From positions 288,001-352,000 of the forward strand of contig CAVUCU010000001.1 in the NCBI GenBank assembly GCA_963740085.1: 64,000 nucleotides of DNA, written 5' to 3'. Below the pieces are notes generated by a model. That model was not told where the DNA came from and ran no database searches. It saw only the letters and a list, made by a program, of their open reading frames with translations. This DNA comes from Nitrospirota bacterium. GTDB lineage: Bacteria; Nitrospirota; UBA9217. Positions 27,958 through 38,652 of this stretch are shown here, in pieces (position 1 is the first letter of the stretch; every line of letters starts with the position of its first letter). The position numbers and the translations under genes are program-made.

Positions 27958-28971
27958 ATGAAAAAAGTCTTAGCAGCATTGGCAGTGGCAACAGTTTTGA
28001 TGTTCAACGGCAGCGCGTTACAAGCGGAAGAAATGTTAAACGGTGCAGGGGCCACATTCCCCTATCCGGTGTATTCCGCATGGGCGAATGAGTACAACAA
28101 GATAACGGGGATGAAACTCAACTATCAATCCATCGGCTCAGGCGGCGGGATCAAGCAGATCACCGAACGCACCGTGGACTTCGGCGCATCGGACAAACCG
28201 CTCAAACCTGAAGAGCTGGCCAAGGCAAACCTGCTCCAGTTCCCGGCGGTCATCGGCGGCGTTGTACCCGTGATCAATATCCCCGGGATCAAGGCCGGAG
28301 AATTGAGGCTCGATGCTGACGCAGTTTGCAAGATCTATATGGGTGAGATCAAGAACTGGAACGATCCCAAGATCAAAGGGATGAATCCCAAGCTCAACCT
28401 CCCCGCAAGCGAGATCACCGTGGTCCATCGCTCGGACGGCTCCGGAACGACGGCGATCTTCACGGATTACCTGAGCGACGTGTGTCCGGCCTGGAAGGAA
28501 AAGGTCGGCGCCGGCACCTCCGTCAGCTGGCCGGTCGGCATCGGCGGCAAAGGGAACGAGGGTGTTGCCAACTACGTACAGCAGCAGAAAAACTCGATCG
28601 GATACGTGGAATTCGCCTATGCCAAGCAGAACAACCTCAGCCATACGGTCCTTAAGAACCATGCAGGCACGTTCGTGGAACCGAGCTTCGCGAGCTTCGA
28701 AGATGCGGCCGCAACGGCCAGTTTCGACCCTGCCAAACACTTCTATCTCTGGCTGAACGACGCGCCGGGCAAGAAGGCATGGCCCATCGCGGGGGCCACG
28801 TTCATTCTCCTTGCCAAGGAGAAAAAGGAATCGAACATGAAGGTGGTCAAATTCTATGAGTGGGCGTTCAAGAACGGAGATGGCAAGGCAAAGGAACTGA
28901 TCTATGTCCCCCTCCCAAAATCGTTGAAGGCCAAGGTTGAAGGCTACTGGAAGTCGAACGGCATCCAGTAG
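27958..28971 (+). CDS. pstS: phosphate ABC transporter substrate-binding protein
   Basis: GAGATFPYP, YQSIGSGGG, DFGASD, HRSDGSGTT, GKGNEGV. Confidence 0.96.
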   Translation: MKKVLAALAVATVLMFNGSALQAEEMLNGAGATFPYPVYSAWANEYNKITGMKLNYQSIGSGGGIKQITERTVDFGASDKPLKPEELAKANLLQFPAVIGGVVPVINIPGIKAGELRLDADAVCKIYMGEIKNWNDPKIKGMNPKLNLPASEITVVHRSDGSGTTAIFTDYLSDVCPAWKEKVGAGTSVSWPVGIGGKGNEGVANYVQQQKNSIGYVEFAYAKQNNLSHTVLKNHAGTFVEPSFASFEDAAATASFDPAKHFYLWLNDAPGKKAWPIAGATFILLAKEKKESNMKVVKFYEWAFKNGDGKAKELIYVPLPKSLKAKVEGYWKSNGIQ

Positions 28972-29089
28972 AACAGAGTCAAGAATATTAAAATAGAAGT
29001 TGAAATGTACGGGTCGGGTATATATACTATTTATACCTGACCCGTTCGTTTTTATCATTATCCCCCGGCAAAGCAGAAAGGTCCGCTCC

Positions 29090-30031
29090 TTGGCCATTTC
29101 CCCCAGGAAAAATGTTTTCGATCTGTTTTTTTCATCCCTCACCGCTGTTGCGTCCATGACCGTCATCATTTTCATCATCGGAATTCTGATCGTCCTCGTC
29201 AAGGAGTCTTCGCTTGCGATCGGAAAGTTCGGGGTGATCGAATTTCTGACCTCGACCGCATGGAACCCGGTAAAGGGGATCTTCGGGGCCGCGACCACCA
29301 TTTACGGCACCTTCGTCACAACCGCCCTCGCGCTCCTCTTCGCCATACCCACTGCCATCGGCATTGCCGTTTTCGTGACCGAGATCGCGCCGAATTTTCT
29401 CAAAGGCCCCATTGGCGTCGCTATCGAGCTTCTGGCCGCGATCCCGAGCATCATCTACGGCATGTGGGGATTATTTACCCTCGCTCCCATCATGTCGAAA
29501 TACATCGAACCGGCTCTCCAAAGCACGGCAGGCGAACTGCCCCTTGTCGGCATGCTGTTCAAAGGCACACCCATGGGGATCGACCTCCTGACCGCGAGCG
29601 TTATCCTGGCTATCATGATCATTCCCTTCACGGCCAGCATCTCACGCGATTCATTCAACCTGACACCTCCGGTGGTCAAGGAATCCGCGTATGCCATCGG
29701 CGCGACGAAATGGGAGGTCGTGAAGAACGTCGTCCTCCCCTACTCCAAGCTCGGCGTATTCGGAGGGGTGGCCCTTTCGCTCGGCCGGGCCTTGGGCGAA
29801 ACCATGGCCGTTGCCTTTGTGCTCGGGAATAATCATAAGATCGCCACATCGCTCTTCGACGCCGCATCGACCATCACGGTGAGCCTCGCGAATGAATTCA
29901 CGGAAGCCGACAGCGATCTTTATCTCTCATCGCTCTACTACCTTGCGCTCGTGCTGTTTGTGATGAGCTTCATCGTTCTTGCAATCGCGAAGTTCTTCCT
30001 GCTGAAGGCGGAGAGGAAGTATTCGCGATAA
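29090..30031 (+). CDS. pstC: phosphate ABC transporter permease
   Basis: ELLAAIPSIIYG, GRALGETMAV. TTG start inferred. Confidence 0.94.
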   Translation: MAISPRKNVFDLFFSSLTAVASMTVIIFIIGILIVLVKESSLAIGKFGVIEFLTSTAWNPVKGIFGAATTIYGTFVTTALALLFAIPTAIGIAVFVTEIAPNFLKGPIGVAIELLAAIPSIIYGMWGLFTLAPIMSKYIEPALQSTAGELPLVGMLFKGTPMGIDLLTASVILAIMIIPFTASISRDSFNLTPPVVKESAYAIGATKWEVVKNVVLPYSKLGVFGGVALSLGRALGETMAVAFVLGNNHKIATSLFDAASTITVSLANEFTEADSDLYLSSLYYLALVLFVMSFIVLAIAKFFLLKAERKYSR

Positions 30032-30040
30032 AGGATCTTT

Positions 30041-30135
30041 TGTCACTGAAGAGGCGGATTGACTTATGATTTTCACGGAGAGAATCACTGCAGCATCATG
30101 CTTTTTCAAAGATCGATCCGTAACAATCAGTGTCA
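30041..30135. repeat. degenerate class A-like inverted repeat between pstC and pstA
   Basis: TGTCACTGAAGAGGCGGATTGA ... TCGATCCGTAACAATCAGTGTCA. Confidence 0.5.
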
Positions 30136-30160
30136 AAGGTTTTTTGAACTTACGTATACC

Positions 30161-31003
30161 ATGACCACAGAACAGAAACGGAAAATAGAAGGAATAATCG
30201 CCCTTTCGTTGAGCGGACTCGCGGCCGCCATCGGTCTCTTCTGGCTCGTCTATATTTTGACCGATGTCATAACCCACGGCATCGGGGCCATTACGCCCGG
30301 CCTTTTTTTCAATGACCCTGCGCCCGCGGGAGTCGAAGGGGGCGGGCTCAGGAACGCCTTTGTCGGACAATTGATGATCACGGCGTTCTCGGTCCTGATC
30401 GGGGTGCCTGTCGGCGTCCTGGGAGGGACCTTCCTTGCCGAGTACGCGCGGGGTAAAAAGATCGCGCGGATCATCAGCGTTCTTTCAGACATCATGGTGA
30501 GTGTTCCCTCCATCGTCGTTGGCGCCTTTGTATATGCGATCCTTGTCCGGCCGCTCCATCACTTCAGCGGATGGGCCGGCGCATTCGCGCTTTCGATCAT
30601 TATGATCCCCGTGGTTCTCCGTACGACCGAGGATATGTTGTCTCTTGTCCCCTGGACCATACGTGAAGCAGCCTTTGCCCTCGGGGCCCCCTATTACAAG
30701 GTGATCATCCAGGTCGTCTATCGCGCCGCGGCCACAGGCATTTTTACGGGGATCCTTCTGTCGATCGCCCGCATCGCAGGAGAAACAGCCCCCCTGCTGT
30801 TCACCTCTTTTAACAACAACTTCCATTCAACGAACATGAACGGACCCATGGCGTCGCTGACGGTGACGATATTCCAGTATGCCATGGGGCCTTATAAAAG
30901 CTGGCATTCCCAGGCATGGGGCGCGGCATTAATGATCACCTTGTTTATTCTTGCCCTCACGATCGCCGGCAGATTAATCATCCGTTGGAGGTATAAACGT
31001 TGA
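30161..31003 (+). CDS. pstA: phosphate ABC transporter permease
   Basis: [34 protein letters not shown]. Confidence 0.94.
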   Translation: MTTEQKRKIEGIIALSLSGLAAAIGLFWLVYILTDVITHGIGAITPGLFFNDPAPAGVEGGGLRNAFVGQLMITAFSVLIGVPVGVLGGTFLAEYARGKKIARIISVLSDIMVSVPSIVVGAFVYAILVRPLHHFSGWAGAFALSIIMIPVVLRTTEDMLSLVPWTIREAAFALGAPYYKVIIQVVYRAAATGIFTGILLSIARIAGETAPLLFTSFNNNFHSTNMNGPMASLTVTIFQYAMGPYKSWHSQAWGAALMITLFILALTIAGRLIIRWRYKR

Positions 31004-31764
31004 CGGTACCTATCGAGATCGAGGTCAAGGACCTGAATTTTTATTACAACGGGGACATCCATGCGTTGAACAATATTTCATTGCCGGTCTCCAGGTACAA
31101 TGTCACCGCCCTCATCGGGCCCTCGGGCTGCGGCAAGACCACGCTGCTCCGGTGCTTCAACCGGATGCACGACCTTTACCCGAAGCATCGTTACGAAGGG
31201 GAGATCATTTTTCAGGGAAAGAACATCCTCGCGGATAACATCGACCTGATCAATCTCAGAAGCCGCATCGGCATGGTCTTTCAGAAACCGACCCCGTTTC
31301 CCATGTCCATTGCCGAGAACATCGCCTATGGGCTCAGACTGAAGGGGATCAAGAACAAGTCAGAGCTTATCGGTCGCATCGAGGAGGCGCTCAAGAACGC
31401 CGCCCTCTGGGGTGAGGTTCGGGATAAATTGAACGCCAGCGCCTATGACCTTTCAGGCGGGCAACAGCAGCGGCTCGTGATAGCGCGGGCCCTTGCGGTG
31501 GAACCCGAGGTGCTCCTCTTCGATGAGCCGACCTCGGCCCTCGACCCCATCTCGACGGCAAAGATCGAGGAGCTTGTTGCGAGCCTGAAGAAGAACATCA
31601 CCATTATCATCGTAACCCATAACATGCAGCAGGCGGCCCGGGTGTCGGACATGACCGGGTTCCTCTATCTGGGCGAACTCATTGAATTCGGCGCCACGGA
31701 GAAGATATTCACGAATCCCGACAAGAAACAGACCGATGATTACATTACGGGAAGGTTTGGTTGA
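31000..31764 (+). CDS. pstB: phosphate ABC transporter ATPase
   Basis: [41 protein letters not shown]. Confidence 0.96.
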   Translation: MTVPIEIEVKDLNFYYNGDIHALNNISLPVSRYNVTALIGPSGCGKTTLLRCFNRMHDLYPKHRYEGEIIFQGKNILADNIDLINLRSRIGMVFQKPTPFPMSIAENIAYGLRLKGIKNKSELIGRIEEALKNAALWGEVRDKLNASAYDLSGGQQQRLVIARALAVEPEVLLFDEPTSALDPISTAKIEELVASLKKNITIIIVTHNMQQAARVSDMTGFLYLGELIEFGATEKIFTNPDKKQTDDYITGRFG

Positions 31765-31767
31765 TGC

Positions 31768-31842
31768 ATTGCGGAATTATGAGCGTAGATTGTCGATTAT
31801 CAGATCGGAAATCTAAAATCTGCAATCCGAAATTCGAAATCC
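31768..31842. repeat. class B heptamer inverted element (degenerate)
   Basis: ...GTAGATT-GTCGATT... / AAATCTA-AAATCTG-CAATCCG-AAATTCG-AAATCC. Confidence 0.65.
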
Positions 31843-31854
31843 AAGGAGAAAATA

Positions 31855-32535
31855 ATGTCCAGCCAGAAAGAACAGGAACTCGAAAAGCTCAAGGAACGGA
31901 TACTCGCGATGGGAGGGTTCGTCGAGGACGCAATACGGAGATCCGTCAAGGCCCTCGTTGAGCGGGATCGTGCCCTGGCGGTCCAGGTCATCGACGGAGA
32001 CGCCATTGTCAATAACTTCGACGTCGAGATCGAGGAGGAGTGCATCCGTTTCCTCGCACTCTGGCAGCCTACCGGCAGCAACCTGCGCCTCGTGACCACG
32101 GCGATCAAGATCATTACCGACCTGGAACGCATGGGCGACCTTGCCGTGGACATCTGTGAACGCGCCGTGGAGTTGTTAGACGAACCGCCGCTCAAACCCT
32201 TTATAGACATCCCGCGCATGGCCGAAGCGGCCCAGAAGATGCTCAAGGACAGCCTCGATGCCTTTGTGGAGCAGGACCCCGACCTCGCCGTGCACGTATG
32301 CGAGGATGACGACTTTGTGGACAACCTGAACGTGCAGATATTCAACGAACTGCTCCTCTATATGCTCAAGGACCCGAAAAACATCTCCCGCGCCGTACGT
32401 CTGACATACATCACCAAGTACCTGGAACGAGTCGGTGACCACGCCACCAACATTGCCGAGATGGTCGTGTACATGGTCAAGGGAAAGGTCATCCGTCATA
32501 TGGCGTGCGAGACGCAGAAGAAGCATGAGAGCTGA
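31855..32535 (+). CDS. phoU: phosphate signalling protein PhoU
   Basis: DLERMGD and LERVGDHATNIAE repeats. Confidence 0.95.
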   Translation: MSSQKEQELEKLKERILAMGGFVEDAIRRSVKALVERDRALAVQVIDGDAIVNNFDVEIEEECIRFLALWQPTGSNLRLVTTAIKIITDLERMGDLAVDICERAVELLDEPPLKPFIDIPRMAEAAQKMLKDSLDAFVEQDPDLAVHVCEDDDFVDNLNVQIFNELLLYMLKDPKNISRAVRLTYITKYLERVGDHATNIAEMVVYMVKGKVIRHMACETQKKHES

Positions 32536-32540
32536 TGTCC

Positions 32541-32680
32541 TATCATATTTTCAAGATTTACCGCAAGAGCACAGAGAAGGAATTTAAAATAGAAAGAACG
32601 TGCCTCTCTGCTCTCCCTGAACCTCCGCTCTTTCTGGGCTTTTCCCAGGGTATTTCTCAGTGCCCCCTGTGGTTTAATTT
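32541..32680. repeat. class A element, near-copy of 21385-21505
   Basis: TATCATATTTTCAAGATTTACCGCAAGAGCACAGAG ... CTCAGTGCCCCCTGTGGTTT. Confidence 0.75.
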
Positions 32681-32772
32681 CCCTCCCCCCTCTTTTTTAA
32701 TGACATCATGACTGGACCCGGTCGAAAAATCGGACATGTGCCCGTAACCCCTTGAGTGAAAAGATAAAATGT

Positions 32773-32801
32773 TTGACAAACCCCGCCGCACGATGTAGAA
32801 T
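32773..32801 (+). promoter_or_regulatory. sigma70-type promoter of the arn cluster
   Basis: TTGACA-N17-TAGAAT. Confidence 0.65.
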
Positions 32802-32902
32802 CAGCTTTCATAAAATCCCGCATCCCGTGCCGGAACAGGGAACCCGGAATGTTCTTCACCGGACACGCTCAAGCTCATTTCCATGAGAATAGAACTGCGT
32901 AC

Positions 32903-34588
32903 ATGACATCAGCCGCCAAACAAACAGGCCGCCTCAATATGAGCGACCTCATTATCCTGACCGTCCTGATCTGCATTCTTTTTACTTTTATGCTCGGAAA
33001 CCGTCCCCTGTCAGTACCGGACGAAGGCAGGTATGTCGAGATCCCCCGGGAGATGGTGGCCTCGGGAAACTACCTTACCCCCCGCCTGAACTACGTTAAA
33101 TATTTTGAAAAACCTGTTTTTTTCTACTGGCTCGAGGCATTGTCGATCAAGCTGTTCGGACTGAATGAATTTACACTCCGGCTCTGGCCCGCGTTGTTCG
33201 GGCTCTTCGGATGTCTTGCCATTGCTGTTGCCGGAGCGCGCCTGTTCGGACGCAGGACCGGCCTGCTGAGTGGGGTGGTCCTTGCCACGAGCCTCCTGTA
33301 TTACGGACTGAGCCGGGCCATCATCCTCGATATGCCGGTTTCCATTCTGCTTACTCTGGCGCTCCTGTCTTTCCTTATAGGCACACACGAGGCCCCGGGG
33401 CTGAAGCGCCGGCTCTATTTGTGGGGTTTTTATACCTTTGCCGCGCTGGCGGTCCTGACCAAAGGCCTGATCGGCATTCTCATCCCCGGCATGGTGATCG
33501 GTGCCTGGATACTCCTTCTGGGTGAATGGCGAATGCTCAAGACGCTGTATATTCCATCGGGCCTTGCCTTGTTCCTGCTTATCGCCGCGCCCTGGCATAT
33601 CATGGTGGATATGGCCAACCCCGAGTTTTTTAAATTCTATTTCATCCATGAGCATTTTCAGCGCTTTCTGACCAGGGTACATGGCCGTTACAAGCCGTTC
33701 TGGTATTTCATACCCATCGTGTTGCTGGGGTTGTTTCCCTGGAGCGCCTTTCTGCTGCAGGCGATCAAGCACAGCGTCCCTTCGACCTGGCGGGAACGCC
33801 ATGAACACCGGGATGCGCTCTTTTTCCTGCTCTGGGCAGGGCTCGTATTTCTCTTTTTCTCGGCATCAAGCTCGAAGCTGGCGCCTTATATCCTGCCGGT
33901 TTTTCCGCCCCTCGCGCTTTTGATCGGTCGCTATCTTGCAGCGGCATGGGACAGCCGGGGTTTTCCCGGCCTCCGGGCAGGATACTCTGTCCTCCTGATC
34001 GCTTCACTGCTGCTTTCCGCGGCCTTCCTTGGCCTGCCGTACTACTGGCCGATATCCGCCGGGACGCAGCCGCTCGGTATATACCGGTATACCATCGCCC
34101 TCACACTGGCCATCGGCGGCGCCGCAGCGTGGGGACTGATGAGGAATCGTAATCTCCGGCGGGCCTTTATCGCCGTGGCCATGACCTCGGCGCTCTTTCT
34201 CACTCAGGTGAACGCAGCCGCGCCCCGTGTCGATATCAAGTCCGTCAAACAGCTTGCGATCGAGCTCAAGGCCCGTCTCAGACCCGGTGACGAAGTGGCC
34301 AGCTACCAGGAATACTATCAGGACCTCCCGGTATATCTTGAGCGGCGAATCACGGTGGTTGACTGGGGCGGCGAGCTCAATTTCGGCAATAGCGTGGAGG
34401 ATACCAGCGCGTGGATGATCGACGGCGCTACGTTCTGGAAACGCTGGCAGGGACCGACGACAATGTATATGCTGACCCCGATCGAGGACTACGAAACCCT
34501 GAAACGATCAAGGCCGGATCTTCCGTTGTTCCCGATAGACCGGAACAAGAGGACCATCCTGTTGTCCAATAGAGAGGTCAAGCCATGA
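32903..34588 (+). CDS. arnT: ArnT-like lipid-carrier-dependent glycosyltransferase (GT83/GT39)
   Basis: PDEGRYVEIPREM, YFEKP, LTKG, HEHFQRF, SKLAPYILP. Confidence 0.88.
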   Translation: MTSAAKQTGRLNMSDLIILTVLICILFTFMLGNRPLSVPDEGRYVEIPREMVASGNYLTPRLNYVKYFEKPVFFYWLEALSIKLFGLNEFTLRLWPALFGLFGCLAIAVAGARLFGRRTGLLSGVVLATSLLYYGLSRAIILDMPVSILLTLALLSFLIGTHEAPGLKRRLYLWGFYTFAALAVLTKGLIGILIPGMVIGAWILLLGEWRMLKTLYIPSGLALFLLIAAPWHIMVDMANPEFFKFYFIHEHFQRFLTRVHGRYKPFWYFIPIVLLGLFPWSAFLLQAIKHSVPSTWRERHEHRDALFFLLWAGLVFLFFSASSSKLAPYILPVFPPLALLIGRYLAAAWDSRGFPGLRAGYSVLLIASLLLSAAFLGLPYYWPISAGTQPLGIYRYTIALTLAIGGAAAWGLMRNRNLRRAFIAVAMTSALFLTQVNAAAPRVDIKSVKQLAIELKARLRPGDEVASYQEYYQDLPVYLERRITVVDWGGELNFGNSVEDTSAWMIDGATFWKRWQGPTTMYMLTPIEDYETLKRSRPDLPLFPIDRNKRTILLSNREVKP

Positions 34589-34950
34589 GCTATTTCCCCC
34601 TGATCATGCTCGGCGTGCTGCTGAACGCTGCGGCGCAGTTGTTCCTCAAGGAGGGAATGCGCCGGATCGGCCACTTCGAGTTCGTCTGGGCAAATATCGT
34701 TCCCATCACCATTCAGGTGGCGGGAAACATTTTCGTGCTGGGGGGCCTGCTCTGCTATGTCATCAGCGTCGCGGTCTGGCTCCTGGTCCTGTCGCGTGTC
34801 GAGGTGAGCTTCGCCTATCCCCTTCTCTCCGTGGGATATATCGTGAATGCTGTGGCGGGCTACTACCTGTTCCAGGAAAATCTTTCGATGACACGCATCA
34901 CGGGGATACTGATCATTTGCGTGGGTGTATATTTTGTGACGAAGAGCTGA
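34585..34950 (+). CDS. ArnE/F-like SMR/EamA flippase
   Basis: AAAQLFLK, WLLVLSRVEVSFAYP, four TM segments. Confidence 0.85.
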   Translation: MSYFPLIMLGVLLNAAAQLFLKEGMRRIGHFEFVWANIVPITIQVAGNIFVLGGLLCYVISVAVWLLVLSRVEVSFAYPLLSVGYIVNAVAGYYLFQENLSMTRITGILIICVGVYFVTKS

Positions 34951-34976
34951 GCAAGGGTCAGTTACCTTCAAATTGA

Positions 34977-35443
34977 ACCGCGAAGACGCGAGGAACGCGA
35001 AGAAGGCGATTCATGCAATGGATATCGAAGAGATTGCTAGTAAAATTGCAAACAATGCCATTAAAGTGCATTCGGTCCTTGGCCCGGGTTTATTAGAATC
35101 GGCTTATCAGAAGTGTTTGGCATATGAATTAGGGAAAGATGGATGCAAGGTCGAATGCGAGGTTATGTTACCGGTCGTTTATGATGCAATTAATATTGAT
35201 GCAGGTTATCGAATAGATATGATCGTTGGAGGTTCAGTCCTCGTTGAGAATAAAACGGTCGAAGGTTTACTTCCGATTCATGAAGCACAATTATTGACTT
35301 ATCTTAAATTGAAAAACTGCAAAATAGGGTTTTTACTCAATTGGAATGTTACTCGTATGAAATATGGTATCAAAAGATGGTCAATAACTTATGAGTATTC
35401 AATGCAGTGTGTATGACCTTCGCGCTCTTCGCGCCTTCGCGGT
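34977..35443. mobile_element. GxxExxY-2 cassette bracketed by 26-bp inverted tandem-repeat arms
   Basis: Left 34977-35002 ACCGCGAAGACGCGAGGAACGCGAAG and right 35418-35443 CTTCGCGCTCTTCGCGCCTTCGCGGT (23/26 complementary). Mobility is inferred. Confidence 0.6.
35018..35416 (+). CDS. GxxExxY protein (PD-(D/E)XK-like), probable 1-nt deletion in the last codons
   Basis: LGPGLLESAY, YRIDMIV, VENK, QLLTYLK, GFLLNWN. AT-rich. Confidence 0.92.
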   Translation: MDIEEIASKIANNAIKVHSVLGPGLLESAYQKCLAYELGKDGCKVECEVMLPVVYDAINIDAGYRIDMIVGGSVLVENKTVEGLLPIHEAQLLTYLKLKNCKIGFLLNWNVTRMKYGIKRWSITYEYSMQCV

Positions 35444-35486
35444 ATAATGTTTTTACTGTTACGATCTCGACGTTTCAAGAGGACTT

Positions 35487-36653
35487 ATGTCAGATAATAA
35501 AGATCAAGAATTTCTCCCCTTCTCCCGGCCGTCCATCAGCCAGGCAGCCATAGATGAAGTCGTGGCGTGCCTGAAGTCGGGTTGGATCACGACCGGCCCC
35601 CGGGTCAGGCAGTTCGAGGAGGATCTGAAAACGTACCTTGGCGCACCGCACGTTCTTGCCCTTACCTCGGCAACGGCAGGCCTGCATCTCGCGCTCGTCG
35701 CGCTTAACCTGAAGCCCGGCGACGAGGTGATCACCACTCCCATGACCTTTGCGGCGACCCTGAACACCATCGTGCTCGCCGGCGGCAGGCCGGTGCTCGT
35801 CGATGTAGAGCCCGGCACCTACAACATGGACGTGACAAAGATCGAGAAGGCCGTTACGAAGCGCTCACGCGCCATCATGCCCGTGCACTTTGCGGGACTG
35901 CCCGTTGATCTCGATCCACTGTACGACATCGCGAAAAAGCACAACCTGAGGGTGATCGAGGACGCAGCGCACGCCATCGGAACGGAGTATAAGGGCAGGC
36001 GAATCGGCAGCTTTGGCGATGTCCAGGTCTTCAGCTTTCATCCCAACAAGAACATGACCACCGGAGAAGGCGGGTGCGTAGCAACCCGGGACGAGAAGCT
36101 TGCCTCGGACATAGCGCTTCTTCGATTCCACGGCATGGACCGCGAGGCATGGAACCGCTTCGGCAAGAAAGGCAACCAGCACTACGAGATCATAATGCCC
36201 GGATACAAGTACAACATGATGGATATGCAGGCCGCGCTCGGCCTGCATCAGTTAAAGCGGCTCGACGGATTCATTAAGCGGCGCGCCGAGATCGCCCTGC
36301 GCTATCAGAGGGTCCTCGCAGAGTGGCCGCAGTGGACGCTTACCAAAGCGCCGGCGTATCAGCATCTTAACGCCTGGCACCTCTACGCGCCGCTCATCAA
36401 CCCCGAAGCCGCGAAGATGGACCGCGACGCCTTTATGCAGGGCATGAAGGAGCGCAATATCGGTACCGGCCTGCACTACCGGGCCGTGCATCTCTATCCC
36501 TACTACCGTGATCAGTTCGGGTTCAAGCGCGGAGATTTTCCGAATGCCGAAACCATTTCGGACCGCATCGTGAGCCTGCCCCTTTTCCCGCTCATGACCG
36601 ACGCGGACCAGGACCGGGTGATCGCGGCCATGAAGGACCTGTTTCATCGATAG
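35487..36653 (+). CDS. arnB: DegT/DnrJ aminotransferase (ArnB-like)
   Basis: SGWITTGP, IEDAAHA, FSFHPNKNMTTGEGG, GYKYNM. Confidence 0.88.
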   Translation: MSDNKDQEFLPFSRPSISQAAIDEVVACLKSGWITTGPRVRQFEEDLKTYLGAPHVLALTSATAGLHLALVALNLKPGDEVITTPMTFAATLNTIVLAGGRPVLVDVEPGTYNMDVTKIEKAVTKRSRAIMPVHFAGLPVDLDPLYDIAKKHNLRVIEDAAHAIGTEYKGRRIGSFGDVQVFSFHPNKNMTTGEGGCVATRDEKLASDIALLRFHGMDREAWNRFGKKGNQHYEIIMPGYKYNMMDMQAALGLHQLKRLDGFIKRRAEIALRYQRVLAEWPQWTLTKAPAYQHLNAWHLYAPLINPEAAKMDRDAFMQGMKERNIGTGLHYRAVHLYPYYRDQFGFKRGDFPNAETISDRIVSLPLFPLMTDADQDRVIAAMKDLFHR

Positions 36654-36700
36654 GTGTTATTGCGGCGCCACGGCGCAACAATGAGAAGCGGTTTCGGATC

Positions 36701-36786
36701 ATCACGAATGATACGGATGGAACAAATAGTATAAAGTAATCCCCGGTGTCCATTCGTGTAATTCGCGTCTTCGTGTGATTCGTGTT
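36701..36786. repeat. class A element, CACGAAT variant (empty)
   Basis: ATCACGAAT-GATACGGAT-GGAACAAAT ... ATTCGTG-TAATTCGCG-TCTTCGTG-TGATTCGTG. Confidence 0.7.
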
Positions 36787-36818
36787 GAGGCTTGTTTCGG
36801 GAGCAAGGAGAGAAAGGC

Positions 36819-37760
36819 ATGACGAAACCCTACGTCAGCATCGTGATACCGGTTTATAACGAGGAGGCGAATCTCGAAGCCCTCTTCTCACGCCTTATGG
36901 CGGTGATGGACGGGACCGGGAAACCCTTTGAAGTGCTGTTCACGAATGACGGCAGCCGTGACCGCTCCGGCGCGATGCTGAAGGAATTCCACCAGCGCCG
37001 TCCGAAGGAGGTTCGCGTCATCGATTTCAACGGCAATTTCGGCCAGCACATGGCCATCATGGCGGCCTTCGAGCGCGTGCGCGGCGATGTGATCGTGACC
37101 CTGGATGCGGACCTGCAGAACCCCCCCGAAGAGATCCCCAAGCTGCTTGCTGGGATCGAGGCGGGACACGACGCGGTAGGCGGCTATCGAAGGGACCGGA
37201 AGGACTCCTTTTTCAGGAAGTATGCCTCAAAGATGATCAATGGGATCCGTGCAAAGATAACGAATATCCGTATGCGCGACCAGGGGTGCATGCTGCGCGC
37301 CTACCGCAGGAACATCATCGACAATATCGTTGCGAGCGGCGAGACCTCGACCTTCATCCCCGCCCTCGCCTACAGTTTTGCGGCCAACCCCGCCGAGGTG
37401 GAGGTCGAGCACGCGGCACGCTCGGCGGGAGAATCAAAGTATCATCTCTATGACCTGATCCGTCTGAACTTCGATCTCATGACCGGCTTTTCCGTTGTGC
37501 CGCTCCAGGTATTCACGGTCTTCGGCATCGCCGTCTCGGCCTTCAGTCTTCTGTTCGTGATTTTTCTCTTTATCCGGCGTATTATCGTCGGCCCCGAGGC
37601 GGAAGGGGTGTTCACCCTCTTCGCGATCCTCTACTTCCTCGTGGGAATCGGCATTATGGGACTCGGTATCATCGGCGAATATATCGGCCGAATCTATAAG
37701 GAAGTGAGGCGCAGACCACGTTTCGTGATCCGCGAGACCTATGAAAAACTCAATGAATAA
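36819..37760 (+). CDS. arnC: undecaprenyl-phosphate Ara4FN transferase (GT2)
   Basis: IVIPVYNEE, NFGQHMA, DADLQNPPEEI, two C-terminal TM, GEYIGRIY. Confidence 0.88.
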   Translation: MTKPYVSIVIPVYNEEANLEALFSRLMAVMDGTGKPFEVLFTNDGSRDRSGAMLKEFHQRRPKEVRVIDFNGNFGQHMAIMAAFERVRGDVIVTLDADLQNPPEEIPKLLAGIEAGHDAVGGYRRDRKDSFFRKYASKMINGIRAKITNIRMRDQGCMLRAYRRNIIDNIVASGETSTFIPALAYSFAANPAEVEVEHAARSAGESKYHLYDLIRLNFDLMTGFSVVPLQVFTVFGIAVSAFSLLFVIFLFIRRIIVGPEAEGVFTLFAILYFLVGIGIMGLGIIGEYIGRIYKEVRRRPRFVIRETYEKLNE

Positions 37761-38652
37761 ACCCGCCATCCTCGTTTTCGCGTACAACGACGTCGGCTAT
37801 GAATGTCTGGATGCCCTGATCCAGAACGATGAGTACATTCTCGCCGTCATCACCCACAAGGACGATCCGGAGGAAGAGATCTGGTTCAGGTCCGTGGCAA
37901 ACCTGGCGACGAAGTACGATATCCCCGTGCACAGGCCCGATTCGGTGAACTCGCCCGACTGGATAGAGCGGATACGTTCATGGGCCCCGGACCTCATCTT
38001 CTCCTTCTACTATCGGCATATGATACCCGAGGAGATACTGAACATCCCGAGACTCGGCGCATTCAACATGCACGGCTCCCTCCTCCCGAAGTACCGCGGC
38101 CGCGCACCGATCAACTGGGCCATCATACAGGGAGAACAATCGACCGGGGTGACGCTTCATCACATGGTCAAACGGGCCGATGCCGGTGACATAGTAGACC
38201 AGGAGGCAGTACCCATCGGTCATGATGATACGGTACAGGAGGTGTTCACCAAATGTGTCGCAGCGGCGCGGCGAGTGCTTGAACGTCAGCTCGAAGCGCT
38301 GACAGCGGGGACAGCCCCGCGGCGCAGTCAGAATGAAGCGCAGGCCACCTATTTCGGCGGCAGGAAACCCGAGGACGGCCGTATTGACTGGACGCAGAGC
38401 GCCGAGTCGATCTATAACCTCATCCGCGCGGTGACCAATCCCTATCCCGGGGCCTTTACAAATGTGAACGAGAAAAAGCTGTTCATCTGGTGGGCAACGC
38501 CCCTCCCTGGGGCCGGTGGAACACCTGGACAGGTGCTGTCCGCGGACCCGCTCAGGGCGGCAACGGGAAATGGGATCCTTGAGATCGTGAACTATGAGTG
38601 GGAAGAAGAGAATGAGGGAGAATTGCACGAGGGCCAGGTATTGGGCACATAA
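37753..38652 (+). CDS. UDP-Ara4N formyltransferase (stand-alone ArnA N-domain)
   Basis: VFAYNDVG, FSFYYR, NMHGSLLPKYRGRAPINWA, PYPGAF. Confidence 0.9.
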   Translation: MNKPAILVFAYNDVGYECLDALIQNDEYILAVITHKDDPEEEIWFRSVANLATKYDIPVHRPDSVNSPDWIERIRSWAPDLIFSFYYRHMIPEEILNIPRLGAFNMHGSLLPKYRGRAPINWAIIQGEQSTGVTLHHMVKRADAGDIVDQEAVPIGHDDTVQEVFTKCVAAARRVLERQLEALTAGTAPRRSQNEAQATYFGGRKPEDGRIDWTQSAESIYNLIRAVTNPYPGAFTNVNEKKLFIWWATPLPGAGGTPGQVLSADPLRAATGNGILEIVNYEWEEENEGELHEGQVLGT

